This document shows, piece after piece, positions 37,610 through 47,621 of a stretch of 64,000 bases of DNA. Origin of the DNA: Candidatus Hydrogenedentes bacterium ADurb.Bin170 (GTDB lineage: Bacteria; Hydrogenedentota; Hydrogenedentia; Hydrogenedentales; CAITNO01). Both the position numbers and the translations under genes were made by a program. The notes below the pieces were generated by a model. It made no database searches, was not told where the DNA came from, and worked only from the letters and a program-made list of their open reading frames with translations. The DNA lies in contig MWCY01000011.1 of assembly GCA_002070275.1 (NCBI GenBank), positions 19,847 through 83,846 on the forward strand. The letters run 5' to 3'. How positions within the stretch are numbered: the first letter of the stretch is position 1; each line of letters starts with the position of its first letter.

Positions 37610-38755
37610 CTAGCGTGGGATCCGGAATTGTTTGTTGCTGCCTTCCACTTCTATCTCGATGCCGATGCCGGAGGAGGCAACACCGATAAGGCGCGCCCGT
37701 GTACCCGGAATGGTTTCACCGACATATACTTTCTTCAGATTGATAATTGCAAGCGCATCAGGCTGATCTTTATCAGCAGGACGCAGCACATTCACGCGCA
37801 GCCCGTCCAGACCGAAGCGCGCACGCTCCTGGGAAGACAGACGCGGGAGATTGTCCACACTTACCGCACCGCCGGACGAACGCGCCGACGGAACACGCGG
37901 CACTGTCCCGGCAGAGGCGGAGGGGTATTCTGACGGCGTCTGGGCAATCACACTTCGCTCAGCAGGCGCAGAAACAGGCGCAGGAACAGGTGCAGGAACG
38001 GGAACAACCACGGGCTCCTGGACGGGTACAGGTGCCGGAGGTGGCGCTGGAGCAACAGGTTCAGGCGCAGGCACGGACGCAGGAGGCGGCACCGGGGCAA
38101 CAGGCTCAGGCACTGGCACTGGTGCAGGCTCCGAGACGGGTGCAGGCGCAGGAGGCGGCACCGGGGCAACAGGCTCAGGTACAGGTGCAGGCTCAGGAAC
38201 GGGCGGCGGCAAATCCGCCACTTTGACCACAGGCGGAGGCGCCGATGTTTCCTGTGGAAAGCGATCGGGCAGCGGGATGGATTCCGGCAGCGGGGGCCGG
38301 GTCGTTTCTTTTTTTTCCGGCACTGCCGCCGGGGCAGATTTTGGGGGTGCAGGCGGAGGTGTCGGCGGCGTTTCTCCGGCAGGTTCTGCTTTCGAAGCAG
38401 CCTTTTTCTCTTCCGGTACAGGTGCAGCCACAGGCGGAGGCGCCGTCACAGGCATCTGATAGCTGTGCGTATCAGCTGCCGGTGCGCCAGCGACCTGTTC
38501 GGGCGGTGTTGCCCCGCCTTTGACGGCAAGAAAATACCCTACAGGAACCAACGCCAGTACAAAACCGCCGCACAGCGCCAGCACAACAGGCAACCAGACC
38601 GGCATCCGCTTTTCACGTTCAGGCACAGAGGATTCGCCAAGGAGGACAGATGCCGCCTCTTCAGGGGAGAGGGTCGGCTCATAATCGCCGGGCTGCGACT
38701 GCTTCGCCGCTTTTTCCTGCTCCAGTTTATTCAGGGCATCCAGAATGGAACTCAT
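37610..38755 (-). CDS. GspB/ExeB-like protein with a long Pro-rich repeat region (partner of ExeA)
   Basis: MSSILDALNKLEQEK N-terminus, a single TM, then PVPEPVAPVPPPAPAP repeats. It sits immediately downstream of the ExeA-like gene. Confidence 0.6.
   Translation of the reverse strand: MSSILDALNKLEQEKAAKQSQPGDYEPTLSPEEAASVLLGESSVPEREKRMPVWLPVVLALCGGFVLALVPVGYFLAVKGGATPPEQVAGAPAADTHSYQMPVTAPPPVAAPVPEEKKAASKAEPAGETPPTPPPAPPKSAPAAVPEKKETTRPPLPESIPLPDRFPQETSAPPPVVKVADLPPPVPEPAPVPEPVAPVPPPAPAPVSEPAPVPVPEPVAPVPPPASVPAPEPVAPAPPPAPVPVQEPVVVPVPAPVPAPVSAPAERSVIAQTPSEYPSASAGTVPRVPSARSSGGAVSVDNLPRLSSQERARFGLDGLRVNVLRPADKDQPDALAIINLKKVYVGETIPGTRARLIGVASSGIGIEIEVEGSNKQFRIPR
37960..38230 (-). repeat. in-frame tandem DNA repeats encoding the Pro/Val/Ala/Glu-rich linker
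   Basis: gcaggaggcggcaccggggcaacaggctcagg recurs at about 38080 and 38147, along with similar GC-rich units. Confidence 0.7.
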
Positions 38756-38795
38756 GCACTGGTGCCTTTCACATTCCTGAAGTCGCTGCAGCTGA

Positions 38796-41108
38796 TCATT
38801 GATATGCACTTTCCCGGGCGGCGGGCACCAGTGGCGAACTGCCCGTTACAGGCATCGTGGCAGAGGAGGGCAAACCCTCCGGGGCATATCCGGGTGCGAT
38901 AAAAGGAACACCCGGTTCAGGCAATTCGCGTTCCTCTATCAGTTTTTCTCCGCCGACTGACAGCACAGAAGGGGCCGAGACTTTTTCCTCCTCTTCCCGC
39001 ACGCCGTCCGCAGGCGCACCCAATAGGCGCAGCAGACTGCTTTCCTGGCCCGGCGCTGCAGCATCACGCTCTTCGCTCAGGGATGAGTCCGTGTTGCTTT
39101 CAGATGCAGCAGAAGGTTCAGCAGCGGTAAAAATAATTTCTTTTTCGGCTGCAGGCGCCGCCGTTTTCTGTGCAGGAGTTTCCCCGGAAGGCTTCCGGAC
39201 AGGTGCCGTTTTTTCAGCGACGACGGCTTTTTTCAAGGGATCCTGTTTTGCAGGTGCCGGGACTTTGCTGACCGTTTCCGCCGCCGTAATGGCTGCCGCA
39301 TCTGCCGGAGCACCGCCTTCGCTTTCGGCCGCATTTCCCGCCGCCGGGCGTTCCTGCAGGGTCGGCACATCAGCGCTGAAACTTGCCAGAGCAAGCCGCA
39401 CCTGACGCCCCGCTTTTCCGTCCGCCTTCAAGCCCGCCAGCTCCTGAATGCGCATCACCGCTTTTTCAGTGGCTTTATCGAAAGTGTCGCCTGTATTGCC
39501 TGCATCCAGCAGGCCCGCCCGACGCAGTTTTTCCTTCAATGCTTCAATCTGTGGGCCCTTCTGACCCAGCACCAGGACGGGTCCCGAGAAACCGGCATCA
39601 TTCCAGGAGAACACTGCCTCTTTGGCGTAATAGAGGGAAAACTCTTTTAAAGGAACGATAATACGCTTATTCACTGCCGGAAGGAGTGTCACCGTTTCCT
39701 GATCCATCCGCACCAGCCCCAGCCAGCAGGTGATCTCTCCGGCATGAAGCCGTACAAGGCCGGGCAGATTGATGGCGGCCAGATGCTCCGCCGACGGGCG
39801 GATATGCTCGCTGGCAAGACCCTGGGCTTCCAAAAAGCGAACCAGTGTGTCCGCATCACCTTTTGCCGGATACTCTGACGGCGACGGCCGGTTCCACAGA
39901 GACAGGAGCGTTTCCAGCCCGCCCTGAAGGGCTTTTTCCGCATCCAGCTCCGCAAGCACAGGCGCCAGCTGCTGTGCATTTTTGCCGGCTCCTGCCGCAT
40001 TCAGCCGGTTCAGCACCTGGCGCAGCGGCTCTTCCGTCGCTGGCTGCACAGGCACCGCCGGGGAAGTCGCATCGCTCGCCGCTTCTGCCGCTGTCCGCGC
40101 TGCCCCGCTTTCGGGCGTGCCCGGCACCGCTTCGGTGCTACCCGTTAAGATCCGGTTGAAGTGGTTGAGCTCCTGCGCAAAACGATCGAGGGGCGACACA
40201 AGATAATGTATCAGCACGATCGCAACAGCCAGAATCAGCAGCAGGGCAGGCGAAGGGATCAGCCGCCTCCACCGGGTGCGGGGTTCTTTGGGTGCCGTAA
40301 TTTTTTCACCCCGGATTTCTTTCTCCGCCTGCTTCACCAGTTTTGCGGAAATAACATGCTGCTCTTTCGTGTAGCCGATGAGCAGCGTCCGGTCGCATAA
40401 GGCGTTAATCATGCGCGGCACGCCACCAGCAAGTTTGTAGACCTGGGTCACCGCCGCCTTGGTAAAATTGATGCGTTTGCGCCCGCCTGCAACATGAATT
40501 CTGTAGGCGATATACTGGAGCGTTTCGCTGGCGCTCAGCGATTTCAGATGATAGCGTGCCGTAATCCGTTGATTCAGCTGGCGCAGTTCACGCAGTGCCA
40601 GTTTTTCCGCCAGCTCCGGCTGACCGATCAGAATGATCTGAAGGAGTTTTTCCGTATCCGTTTCAAGATTCGAGAGAAGGCGGATCTGTTCGAGCACCTG
40701 AGGCGAAAGGTTTTGTGCTTCATCAATGACGAGCACGCAGTCTTTTCCCATGGCACTGGAATGGAGCAGATGCACATTCAGCTCTTCGGTCAGCTCCAGC
40801 ACTGTATCCGCATCCGATTCAATTCCGAATTCCTGATTGATCTTTTTCATCAGCTCGATGGCACTCAGGAAAGGATTGAAAATAAAGGCGACTTCCGTAT
40901 TGGAATCAAGCTGGTTGAGCAGGTTGCGGCACAGCGTAGTCTTCCCCGTTCCGATTTCGCCGGTGATCATCACGAATCCGCTACGGTTCTTGATGCCGTA
41001 GAGCAAATGAGCGAAAGCCTCTTTGTGCTTTTCGCTCAGATAGAGAAATTTGGGATCGGGCGTCAGATTGAAAGGACGCTCACGAAGCCCGTAAAAGGAT
41101 TCATACAT
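38796..41108 (-). CDS. ExeA/GspA-like AAA+ ATPase with C-terminal peptidoglycan-binding domain
   Basis: ITGEIGTGKTTLCRNLL Walker A. A mid-protein TM. A C-terminal PG_binding_1-like TFDKATEKAVMRIQELAGLKADGKAG. Confidence 0.85.
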   Translation of the reverse strand: MYESFYGLRERPFNLTPDPKFLYLSEKHKEAFAHLLYGIKNRSGFVMITGEIGTGKTTLCRNLLNQLDSNTEVAFIFNPFLSAIELMKKINQEFGIESDADTVLELTEELNVHLLHSSAMGKDCVLVIDEAQNLSPQVLEQIRLLSNLETDTEKLLQIILIGQPELAEKLALRELRQLNQRITARYHLKSLSASETLQYIAYRIHVAGGRKRINFTKAAVTQVYKLAGGVPRMINALCDRTLLIGYTKEQHVISAKLVKQAEKEIRGEKITAPKEPRTRWRRLIPSPALLLILAVAIVLIHYLVSPLDRFAQELNHFNRILTGSTEAVPGTPESGAARTAAEAASDATSPAVPVQPATEEPLRQVLNRLNAAGAGKNAQQLAPVLAELDAEKALQGGLETLLSLWNRPSPSEYPAKGDADTLVRFLEAQGLASEHIRPSAEHLAAINLPGLVRLHAGEITCWLGLVRMDQETVTLLPAVNKRIIVPLKEFSLYYAKEAVFSWNDAGFSGPVLVLGQKGPQIEALKEKLRRAGLLDAGNTGDTFDKATEKAVMRIQELAGLKADGKAGRQVRLALASFSADVPTLQERPAAGNAAESEGGAPADAAAITAAETVSKVPAPAKQDPLKKAVVAEKTAPVRKPSGETPAQKTAAPAAEKEIIFTAAEPSAASESNTDSSLSEERDAAAPGQESSLLRLLGAPADGVREEEEKVSAPSVLSVGGEKLIEERELPEPGVPFIAPGYAPEGLPSSATMPVTGSSPLVPAARESAYQ

Positions 41109-41291
41109 GGGAGATCATCCGGCCGCTGTTATTTTTCCGGGACTGCGGCGCTGCAGCCGCCGTAAAAGCCACCAAAGACACTTTTTAATAGACTACCAAA
41201 TATTACCTGTAATATCAAGATTTATTTGTCCTGTCAACAGTTTAATCTTCCTTTTTGATCCTCTTTTCCGAAACGCTTCCGTCCTATTTCT

Positions 41292-41361
41292 TTGCGGGGA
41301 TATGCCGGGAATGGTATACTATGAATCTTCTATGACACTTTTACCTGTCACCTGAGGTGAC
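41292..41361 (+). promoter_or_regulatory. sigma-70-like promoter (TTGCGG-17-TATACT) followed by a perfect palindrome GTCACCtgaGGTGAC upstream of yebC-ruvC
   Basis: -35 at 41292-41297 and -10 at 41315-41320. The 15-bp dyad at 41347-41361 lies in the leader, ~35 nt before the ATG. Confidence 0.4.
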
Positions 41362-41394
41362 GCCAGTACCTACAAGTACGGAGGAGAATTCCAA

Positions 41395-42147
41395 ATGTCC
41401 GGTCATTCCAAGTGGAGTACAATCAAACGTAAAAAAGGTGCAGCAGATGCCAAGCGCGGGAAAATCTTCTCCAAGCTGGCGAAAGAAATCACCGTTGCCG
41501 CCCGTCTGGGCGGTGGCGATCCGGCTGCTAACCCTCGATTACGTTCCGTGCTTCTGGCTGCCCGTACACAGAACATGCCCGGCGATAATGTGGATCGCGC
41601 CATCAAAAAAGGCACCGGCGAACTTCCCGGCGTCACCTATGATGAAGTCCGGTATGAAGCCTATGCACCGGGCGGCGTGGCACTGATCATCGACGTGCTT
41701 ACAGACAACAAAAACCGTACCGTGTCAGAGATTCGCCATCTGGTCAGCAAGTTGGGCGGCAATATGGCGGAAGCCGGAGCCGTTGCCTGGAACTTTGAGC
41801 CCCAGGGTCTCCTGACCATTCCCAAGGAAGGCATTTCCGAAGAAGAAATGTTCGATAAGGCGATTGAGGCGGGTGCCGAAGATGTCAGCGGCGACGGGGA
41901 TGCCTATGAAATCCGGACCGCTCCCACGCAGCTGCATGCGGTCGCCGGAGCGCTTGAAGCGGCAGGAACCAAAGCAGAAGAAGTCAAACTGACCATGATG
42001 CCCAAGACCACCATGGAGCTGACAGGCAAACAACTGCTCTCATGCCTGCGGATGATCGAAGAACTCGAAGATCATGATGACGTGCAGGACGTTTTTTCCA
42101 ATCTGAACATTACCGACGAGGCTATGGCTGAAGTCATGGACGAATAA
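41395..42147 (+). CDS. yebC: YebC/PmpR family DNA-binding regulatory protein
   Basis: MSGHSKWSTIKRKKGAADAKRGKIFSKL is the canonical N-terminus. GGAGG RBS. Confidence 0.95.
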   Translation: MSGHSKWSTIKRKKGAADAKRGKIFSKLAKEITVAARLGGGDPAANPRLRSVLLAARTQNMPGDNVDRAIKKGTGELPGVTYDEVRYEAYAPGGVALIIDVLTDNKNRTVSEIRHLVSKLGGNMAEAGAVAWNFEPQGLLTIPKEGISEEEMFDKAIEAGAEDVSGDGDAYEIRTAPTQLHAVAGALEAAGTKAEEVKLTMMPKTTMELTGKQLLSCLRMIEELEDHDDVQDVFSNLNITDEAMAEVMDE

Positions 42148-42645
42148 ATGCTGGTGATCGGCTTTGATCCGGGCAGCGCCCTTACCGGTTTCGGTGTGGT
42201 CAGCAGGCAGGGCAACCGCCTGCACCACCGTGAACACGGCACTATCCGGACTCCGGCAAAACAGCACAGCGCACAACGGCTGCAGACTCTGTTTCAGGAA
42301 GCGGAGGCACTCATAGCCCGCATTCAGCCCGATGCCGTTGCCATTGAACGCCTGTTCTTCAAGCAGAATGTGACCACAGGCATTCAGGTGGCGCAGGCAC
42401 GCGGTGTGCTGCTCCTTGCCGCCGCACAGGCAGGCTGTCCCATAGGCGAGTTCAGTCCCACGGAAATGAAGATCGCCGTGACCGGCTACGGCAGAGCAGA
42501 CAAAAAGCAGCTGCAGGAAATGGTGCGGCGGCTGCTGAATCTGCCCGAAGTGCCACGGCCCGACGATGCCGCCGATGCGCTGGCGCTGGCAATCTGCCAG
42601 ATTCAGTTCGGCGCAACACAGGAACGTCTGCAGGCGGAGCCGTGA
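42148..42645 (+). CDS. ruvC: crossover junction endodeoxyribonuclease RuvC
   Basis: MLVIGFDPGSALTGFGVV and a catalytic Asp/Glu pattern. It starts immediately after the yebC stop. Confidence 0.9.
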   Translation: MLVIGFDPGSALTGFGVVSRQGNRLHHREHGTIRTPAKQHSAQRLQTLFQEAEALIARIQPDAVAIERLFFKQNVTTGIQVAQARGVLLLAAAQAGCPIGEFSPTEMKIAVTGYGRADKKQLQEMVRRLLNLPEVPRPDDAADALALAICQIQFGATQERLQAEP

Positions 42646-42732
42646 CGGCTGGCGTTTGCTGCACATAATAATCCGGTTTAATCAGTGCCCGGGCAGAAAG
42701 TCCGGGCAAAAACATACAGGGAGACTGTAGTT

Positions 42733-43632
42733 ATGACAATGAAAATCAAAATCAGAGGCATCATGGCTGCCATGGTTACGCCTTTTACAAAGGGCGGCGA
42801 AAATGTGGACTACGACAAGATCGGTCCGCTGGCAAACCGCCTGCTCAGTCAGGGAGCTCATGGGCTGTTTCCCTGCGGCACCACGAGCGAAGGCATGCTC
42901 ATGTCTGCCGAAGAACGTAAGGAAACACTGGAAGAAGTGCTCCGTACGGCGCCGAAAAAGACACCCGTCATTGCGCATACCGGCTGTCTGGACTATGCCA
43001 CCACGCTGGAACTGACACGCCATGCCCGTGATGCGGGCGCCACAGCGGCCTCCATTGTCGCACCAGGCTATTACGCCTATGACGATGCCGGACTCTTTCA
43101 GTATTACAGAAATCTTGCCCGTGCCGTGGACGGCTTCCCCATTCTGCTCTATAACATTCCCGCCTGCGCCCGGAACGTACTCAGCCCTGAACTTGTGCTG
43201 AAACTGGCGGAATCGGAAGAAAATATTGTAGGCATCAAAGACAGTTCCGGTGTTATGACCGCACTCACCCGCATGATCGGCAATGCGCCCGACGGCTTTC
43301 ATGTTATCTGCGGCACTGATGATTACGGTTTCCAGGCCATTCTCGCCGGCTGCCCCGCTCTGGTATCCGGGCTCTCCAATGTGGTCTGCGAAATCTATGC
43401 GGCGGTCTACGAGAATATCCAGAAGAAAAACCTGAAAAAAGCCTGGCAGGAGCAGATCCGGCTTGAGCGGGCAGCCCGCATTTTCAAGTACGGTCAGAAC
43501 CTCGCCTCTTTCAAAGAAGGGCTACGGCTCCGCGGCTTCGATGCGGGGTATGTGCGTCCGCCGCAGCGTGACCTCACCGCTGCAGAGAAAAAACAGCTGG
43601 AAAAAGACATGCAGGAACTCGGCGTGATCTGA
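42733..43632 (+). CDS. DapA/N-acetylneuraminate-lyase family class I aldolase (4-hydroxy-tetrahydrodipicolinate synthase-like)
   Basis: AMVTPF, GLFPCGTTSEG, and the Schiff-base Lys region IVGIKDSSG. Confidence 0.75.
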   Translation: MTMKIKIRGIMAAMVTPFTKGGENVDYDKIGPLANRLLSQGAHGLFPCGTTSEGMLMSAEERKETLEEVLRTAPKKTPVIAHTGCLDYATTLELTRHARDAGATAASIVAPGYYAYDDAGLFQYYRNLARAVDGFPILLYNIPACARNVLSPELVLKLAESEENIVGIKDSSGVMTALTRMIGNAPDGFHVICGTDDYGFQAILAGCPALVSGLSNVVCEIYAAVYENIQKKNLKKAWQEQIRLERAARIFKYGQNLASFKEGLRLRGFDAGYVRPPQRDLTAAEKKQLEKDMQELGVI

Positions 43633-43685
43633 GGCTGACACAGCCACTCCGTCCGCAACTCCCTGCGCTGCAGAAAGAAACAGGC

Positions 43686-44975
43686 GTGGAAGTTACAATC
43701 CGACCTTCAACACTTCGGGGCAGGATACAAATCCCTGCCTCGAAGTCCCATACCATCCGGGCTGTAGTGATTGCCGCACTGGCACCGGGGGAAAGCTGCA
43801 TCCTTAATCCTCTGGAATCGGAGGATGCCCGATCCGCCCGCAACGTCTACAATGCCTTCGGCGCACAGATCACCGAAGAACCGGAGATGTGGCGCATCGT
43901 CGGCACAAACGGAAGGCCGCAGGCGCCCGACAATATCGTAGACACAGGCAACTCCGGCACCACCATGCGCATGGCGCTCGGCAGCGCAGCGCTGATTCCG
44001 AAAGGACTGACCGTACTCACCGGCGATGATCAGGTGCGAAGGCGGCCGGGCGGCCCGCTGGCGCAGGCGTTGAATGCTCTGGGCGCACAGGTGCAGTCCA
44101 CCCGCGGCAACGGATGCCCGCCCTGGGTCGTCGGCGGCATGCTCCGCGGCGGCGAAACGGAAATGGAAGCCGTCACCAGCCAGTATGTCAGCTCACTGCT
44201 GCTCAATGCACCGCTGGCGGAAGGCGATACACGGCTGCATGTACCTCTGCTCAACGAAAAGCCTTATGTTGTCATGACCCTTGACTGGCTGAAAAATCAG
44301 GGGATTGCCGTGCAGTACAGCGATGACCTGAGCGAATATCATATACCCGGAGGGCAGCAGTACCTGCCTGTCAACCGGCCCATTCCCGGTGATTTCAGTT
44401 CCGCCACCTTCTTTCTCGCTGCCGGTGCGCTCCCCGGCAACCGCGTCGCCTGCGCCGGACTGGATATGAACGACAGCCAGGGCGACAAGGCGGTTGTCGG
44501 TTTCATCAAAGAAATGGGTGCAGTACTTCGCTGTGAAAAAGACGAAGTGACCGTAGCGGCCAAAAAGCTGCGGGGCTGTGAATTCGATCTCAACGCCACG
44601 CCCGATGCACTGCCCATGATGGCAGCCCTCGCCTGTCTGGCGGAAGGCACCACACGTCTGGTCAATGTGCCGCAGGCACGACTTAAAGAAACAGACCGTA
44701 TCCGGGTCATGCGGATGGAGCTGGAAAAACTCGGCGCCGCCATCGAGGAACTGGAAGACGGAATGATTATTCAGGGCGGCGTGTTGCATGAAGGAGTGGT
44801 GGACGGACACGGCGACCACCGTATTATCATGGCACTGGCAACAGCCGCCACAGCGGCAACGGGACCGGTGACCATCCGGGGCACAGAAGCTGTTACAGTA
44901 ACCTACCCCGAATTTTTCCGGCACCTGCAGGCTCTCGGAGGCAGTCTCTCTGGATCCGGCATCGAAGCGTCGTGA
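43686..44975 (+). CDS. aroA: 3-phosphoshikimate 1-carboxyvinyltransferase (EPSP synthase)
   Basis: IPASKSHTIRAV, NSGTTMR, RPGGPL and GDHRIIMA motifs. Confidence 0.9.
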   Translation: MEVTIRPSTLRGRIQIPASKSHTIRAVVIAALAPGESCILNPLESEDARSARNVYNAFGAQITEEPEMWRIVGTNGRPQAPDNIVDTGNSGTTMRMALGSAALIPKGLTVLTGDDQVRRRPGGPLAQALNALGAQVQSTRGNGCPPWVVGGMLRGGETEMEAVTSQYVSSLLLNAPLAEGDTRLHVPLLNEKPYVVMTLDWLKNQGIAVQYSDDLSEYHIPGGQQYLPVNRPIPGDFSSATFFLAAGALPGNRVACAGLDMNDSQGDKAVVGFIKEMGAVLRCEKDEVTVAAKKLRGCEFDLNATPDALPMMAALACLAEGTTRLVNVPQARLKETDRIRVMRMELEKLGAAIEELEDGMIIQGGVLHEGVVDGHGDHRIIMALATAATAATGPVTIRGTEAVTVTYPEFFRHLQALGGSLSGSGIEAS

Positions 44976-44982
44976 CAAAGGA

Positions 44983-46605
44983 TTGCGCATGAACATCGTC
45001 ATTATGGGCGCCAAAGGCGCCGGCAAAACCACGCTGGGAACAAAACTCGCAAAGCAGCTGGGACTCCCCTGGGTGGATACGGACAGAACCATTGAAGCAC
45101 TGGACGGACAGAACCGCAGCTGCCGTGAAATCTTTACTGCAGAAGGCGAAGCGCGCTTCAGGGAACTGGAATTGCAGGCAGCGGCGGAAGTGGCAAAGCA
45201 TGATTATCATGTCATCATCACCGGCGGCGGCATGATGATGTCCCCCGATGCACGAAGACTGCTGCGACCGGGTAATATCCTTGTCCTTTTCTGCGCCGAG
45301 CCGGAAATCCTCTGGGAACGGGCAACGCGTCGCGGCATACCGCCCGCCTTTGCCGGAGATGACGGCTTCGAACGATTCGCCGAACAATGCCGTTTCCGCC
45401 GTGAAGTACTGACCCCCTTTGCAGACATCCTTTTCGATACCACCGATACCGATCCGGATAAAAAAGCCGCCGCCCTCGCCAACGATATCGAATCCGAACT
45501 GGCGCTGCGCCGCCATCTCGCCAACACCTATGGCGAAGTGATTCGTGCCACAACCTTCGGCGAAAGCCATGGCAGAGCCATCGGCGTGGTGCTCGACGGC
45601 GTGCGCCCCGGCATCCCCTTTGACGAGGAAGACATCCAGAAAGAACTCGACCGGCGCAGACCCGGGCAGAGCAAAGTCGTAACGCAACGCCGCGAAGCCG
45701 ATACCGTCGAAATACTCTCCGGCGTTTTTGAAGGGCAGACCACCGGGGCGCCGCTGGCAATGGTTATCCGCAACGAAGACCAACGCTCAAAAAGCTATGA
45801 TAACCTCAAAGATCTGTTCCGGCCCGGACACGGCGATTTCACCTTCTATAAAAAATACGGAGTCCGTGATCATCGCGGCGGCGGCCGCCAATCAGGGCGT
45901 GAAACAGCGTGCCGTGTTGCGGCAGGCGCCTTTGCCCGATCCGTCCTCGAATCCATGAACATCCGCATCGTTGCCCATTCCATCGAAATCGGCGGCATCC
46001 AGGCTTCCAAATGCGACCTTTCGATCATTGAAACCAACCCCGTCCGCTGCGCCGATCCCGATGCCGCACCGCTCATGGAAGAAGCAATTCTGAAAGCGCG
46101 GAGCGAAAAAGACTCCCTCGGCGGCATCATCCAGCTTGAAGTACATAACCTGCCGCCCGGCCTCGGCGATCCCGTCTTCGGGAAACTGGATGCGCGCCTC
46201 TGCAGTGCCATCATGACCATCGGTGCCATCAAAGGCGTGGAAGTGGGCGATGGTTTCGCCATCACCCGGCTGCGCGGTTCGCAGGCGAACGATCCCATGG
46301 GCGAGCAGGGATTTCTCAGCAACCATCATGGCGGTATTCTGGGCGGCATCTCCAGCGGTGCGCCCCTGATTATGCGCATCGCCGTCAAGCCGACCGCTTC
46401 CATTGCATCACGCCAGCGTTCGATACGCATCTCCGGTGAACCCTGCGATGTGGAAGTCAAAGGGCGCCATGATCCCTGCATCGTCGTCCGTGCCGTGCCT
46501 GTCGTCGAAAACATGGCGGCGTGGGTGCTGCTCGATGCTTTCGAAGTGCAGGCACGCATCAATCCGGAATGGGCGGAAAAATATTATCCCCCTGCCGCAC
46601 CCTGA
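44983..46605 (+). CDS. bifunctional shikimate kinase / chorismate synthase fusion (AroK-AroC)
   Basis: An N-terminal ~170 aa with Walker A GAKGAGKTTLG (AroK). The C-terminal ~360 aa, TTFGESHG...RPGHGDF...GGGRQSGRET, is AroC. One continuous frame. Confidence 0.85.
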   Translation: MRMNIVIMGAKGAGKTTLGTKLAKQLGLPWVDTDRTIEALDGQNRSCREIFTAEGEARFRELELQAAAEVAKHDYHVIITGGGMMMSPDARRLLRPGNILVLFCAEPEILWERATRRGIPPAFAGDDGFERFAEQCRFRREVLTPFADILFDTTDTDPDKKAAALANDIESELALRRHLANTYGEVIRATTFGESHGRAIGVVLDGVRPGIPFDEEDIQKELDRRRPGQSKVVTQRREADTVEILSGVFEGQTTGAPLAMVIRNEDQRSKSYDNLKDLFRPGHGDFTFYKKYGVRDHRGGGRQSGRETACRVAAGAFARSVLESMNIRIVAHSIEIGGIQASKCDLSIIETNPVRCADPDAAPLMEEAILKARSEKDSLGGIIQLEVHNLPPGLGDPVFGKLDARLCSAIMTIGAIKGVEVGDGFAITRLRGSQANDPMGEQGFLSNHHGGILGGISSGAPLIMRIAVKPTASIASRQRSIRISGEPCDVEVKGRHDPCIVVRAVPVVENMAAWVLLDAFEVQARINPEWAEKYYPPAAP

Positions 46606-46615
46606 ACCAGAAGAA

Positions 46616-47299
46616 TCAGCGGCGCCACGCCCGAAGCAGCACACGGTAAATGCGGAAAGAATCGCGGATCTTCCGGAAATGGCTGCTCCGGTTACCGGGC
46701 TCGTACACGGTGGCGACCGGCGCCGATGCGAGAACACAGCCCTCACGCAGGGCAAAGAGGATCATCTCCATTTCCGTCTCGTAGCGACCGCCACGGCTCT
46801 GCGCAAGAAATGACTCCGCAAAGGCACGGGACAGCACTCTGAAACCGCATTGCGTATCGGACAGCGGGCAGCGGAAAACATGGGCGCTGATCCAGGCGGT
46901 CAGTACATTGCCGAACCGGCTGCGCAGCGGCATCAGCCTGCGGTCGATCTGACGGGCACCCACCACCAATGCCGCCCCCGTCGACCTGCTCGCTGAAAGC
47001 AGAGCATCCACTTCGCCCGGATCGTGCTGACCGTCCGCATCCATCAGAACAATGCGCTGCACAGCTTCATGCTGAAGCGCCTCGCGAATCCCTGCAAGAA
47101 GCGCATGACCCTTGCCGCGGTTCTCCGGAAAACGAAGTGCCTGCACAGTCCTCTCCGACAGGCAGTCCGTCCCCCCGTCCGTGGAACCATCATCCACAAC
47201 AATCACCGGGCCCTCAAAGGAAGTCAGCCCGTTCAGTACCGATTCAAGACGGTTTCCCGCATTGTAACAGGGAATGACAATAGCTGTATTCTGGGGCAT
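46616..47299 (-). CDS. family 2 glycosyltransferase (polyprenol-phosphate sugar synthase, DPM1-like)
   Basis: IVIPCYNAG, VVDDGSTDG, LMDADGQHDP (DxD-type motifs). Confidence 0.8.
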   Translation of the reverse strand: MPQNTAIVIPCYNAGNRLESVLNGLTSFEGPVIVVDDGSTDGGTDCLSERTVQALRFPENRGKGHALLAGIREALQHEAVQRIVLMDADGQHDPGEVDALLSASRSTGAALVVGARQIDRRLMPLRSRFGNVLTAWISAHVFRCPLSDTQCGFRVLSRAFAESFLAQSRGGRYETEMEMILFALREGCVLASAPVATVYEPGNRSSHFRKIRDSFRIYRVLLRAWRR

Positions 47300-47621
47300 T
47301 CAGAGATCCCGTCGGTCTTAACATAAAAAAGATCATTTCAAAACGCCCTCTATCTTATCACGGCGTAAAGAAAGAAACACAGCCCCGGAGAAAGGGTGCG
47401 GGTTCTCTTATGAAACGCAGGAATTCGGGATAAAAAAGAGACAGCGTCTTCGACGCCATATACATCTGCATTATTAATATTCTGGAAAAGCCCGTACGCG
47501 CTCCCGGGGTGTACTGATGCCGCATTTTTTCACATCTGCCCCGGATTGTGAATACTTTCCCGGTAAATGGTATTATATATGTGTACTGATGCTTCTTTTT
47601 TGAGCATGAAGGAGTATATCC

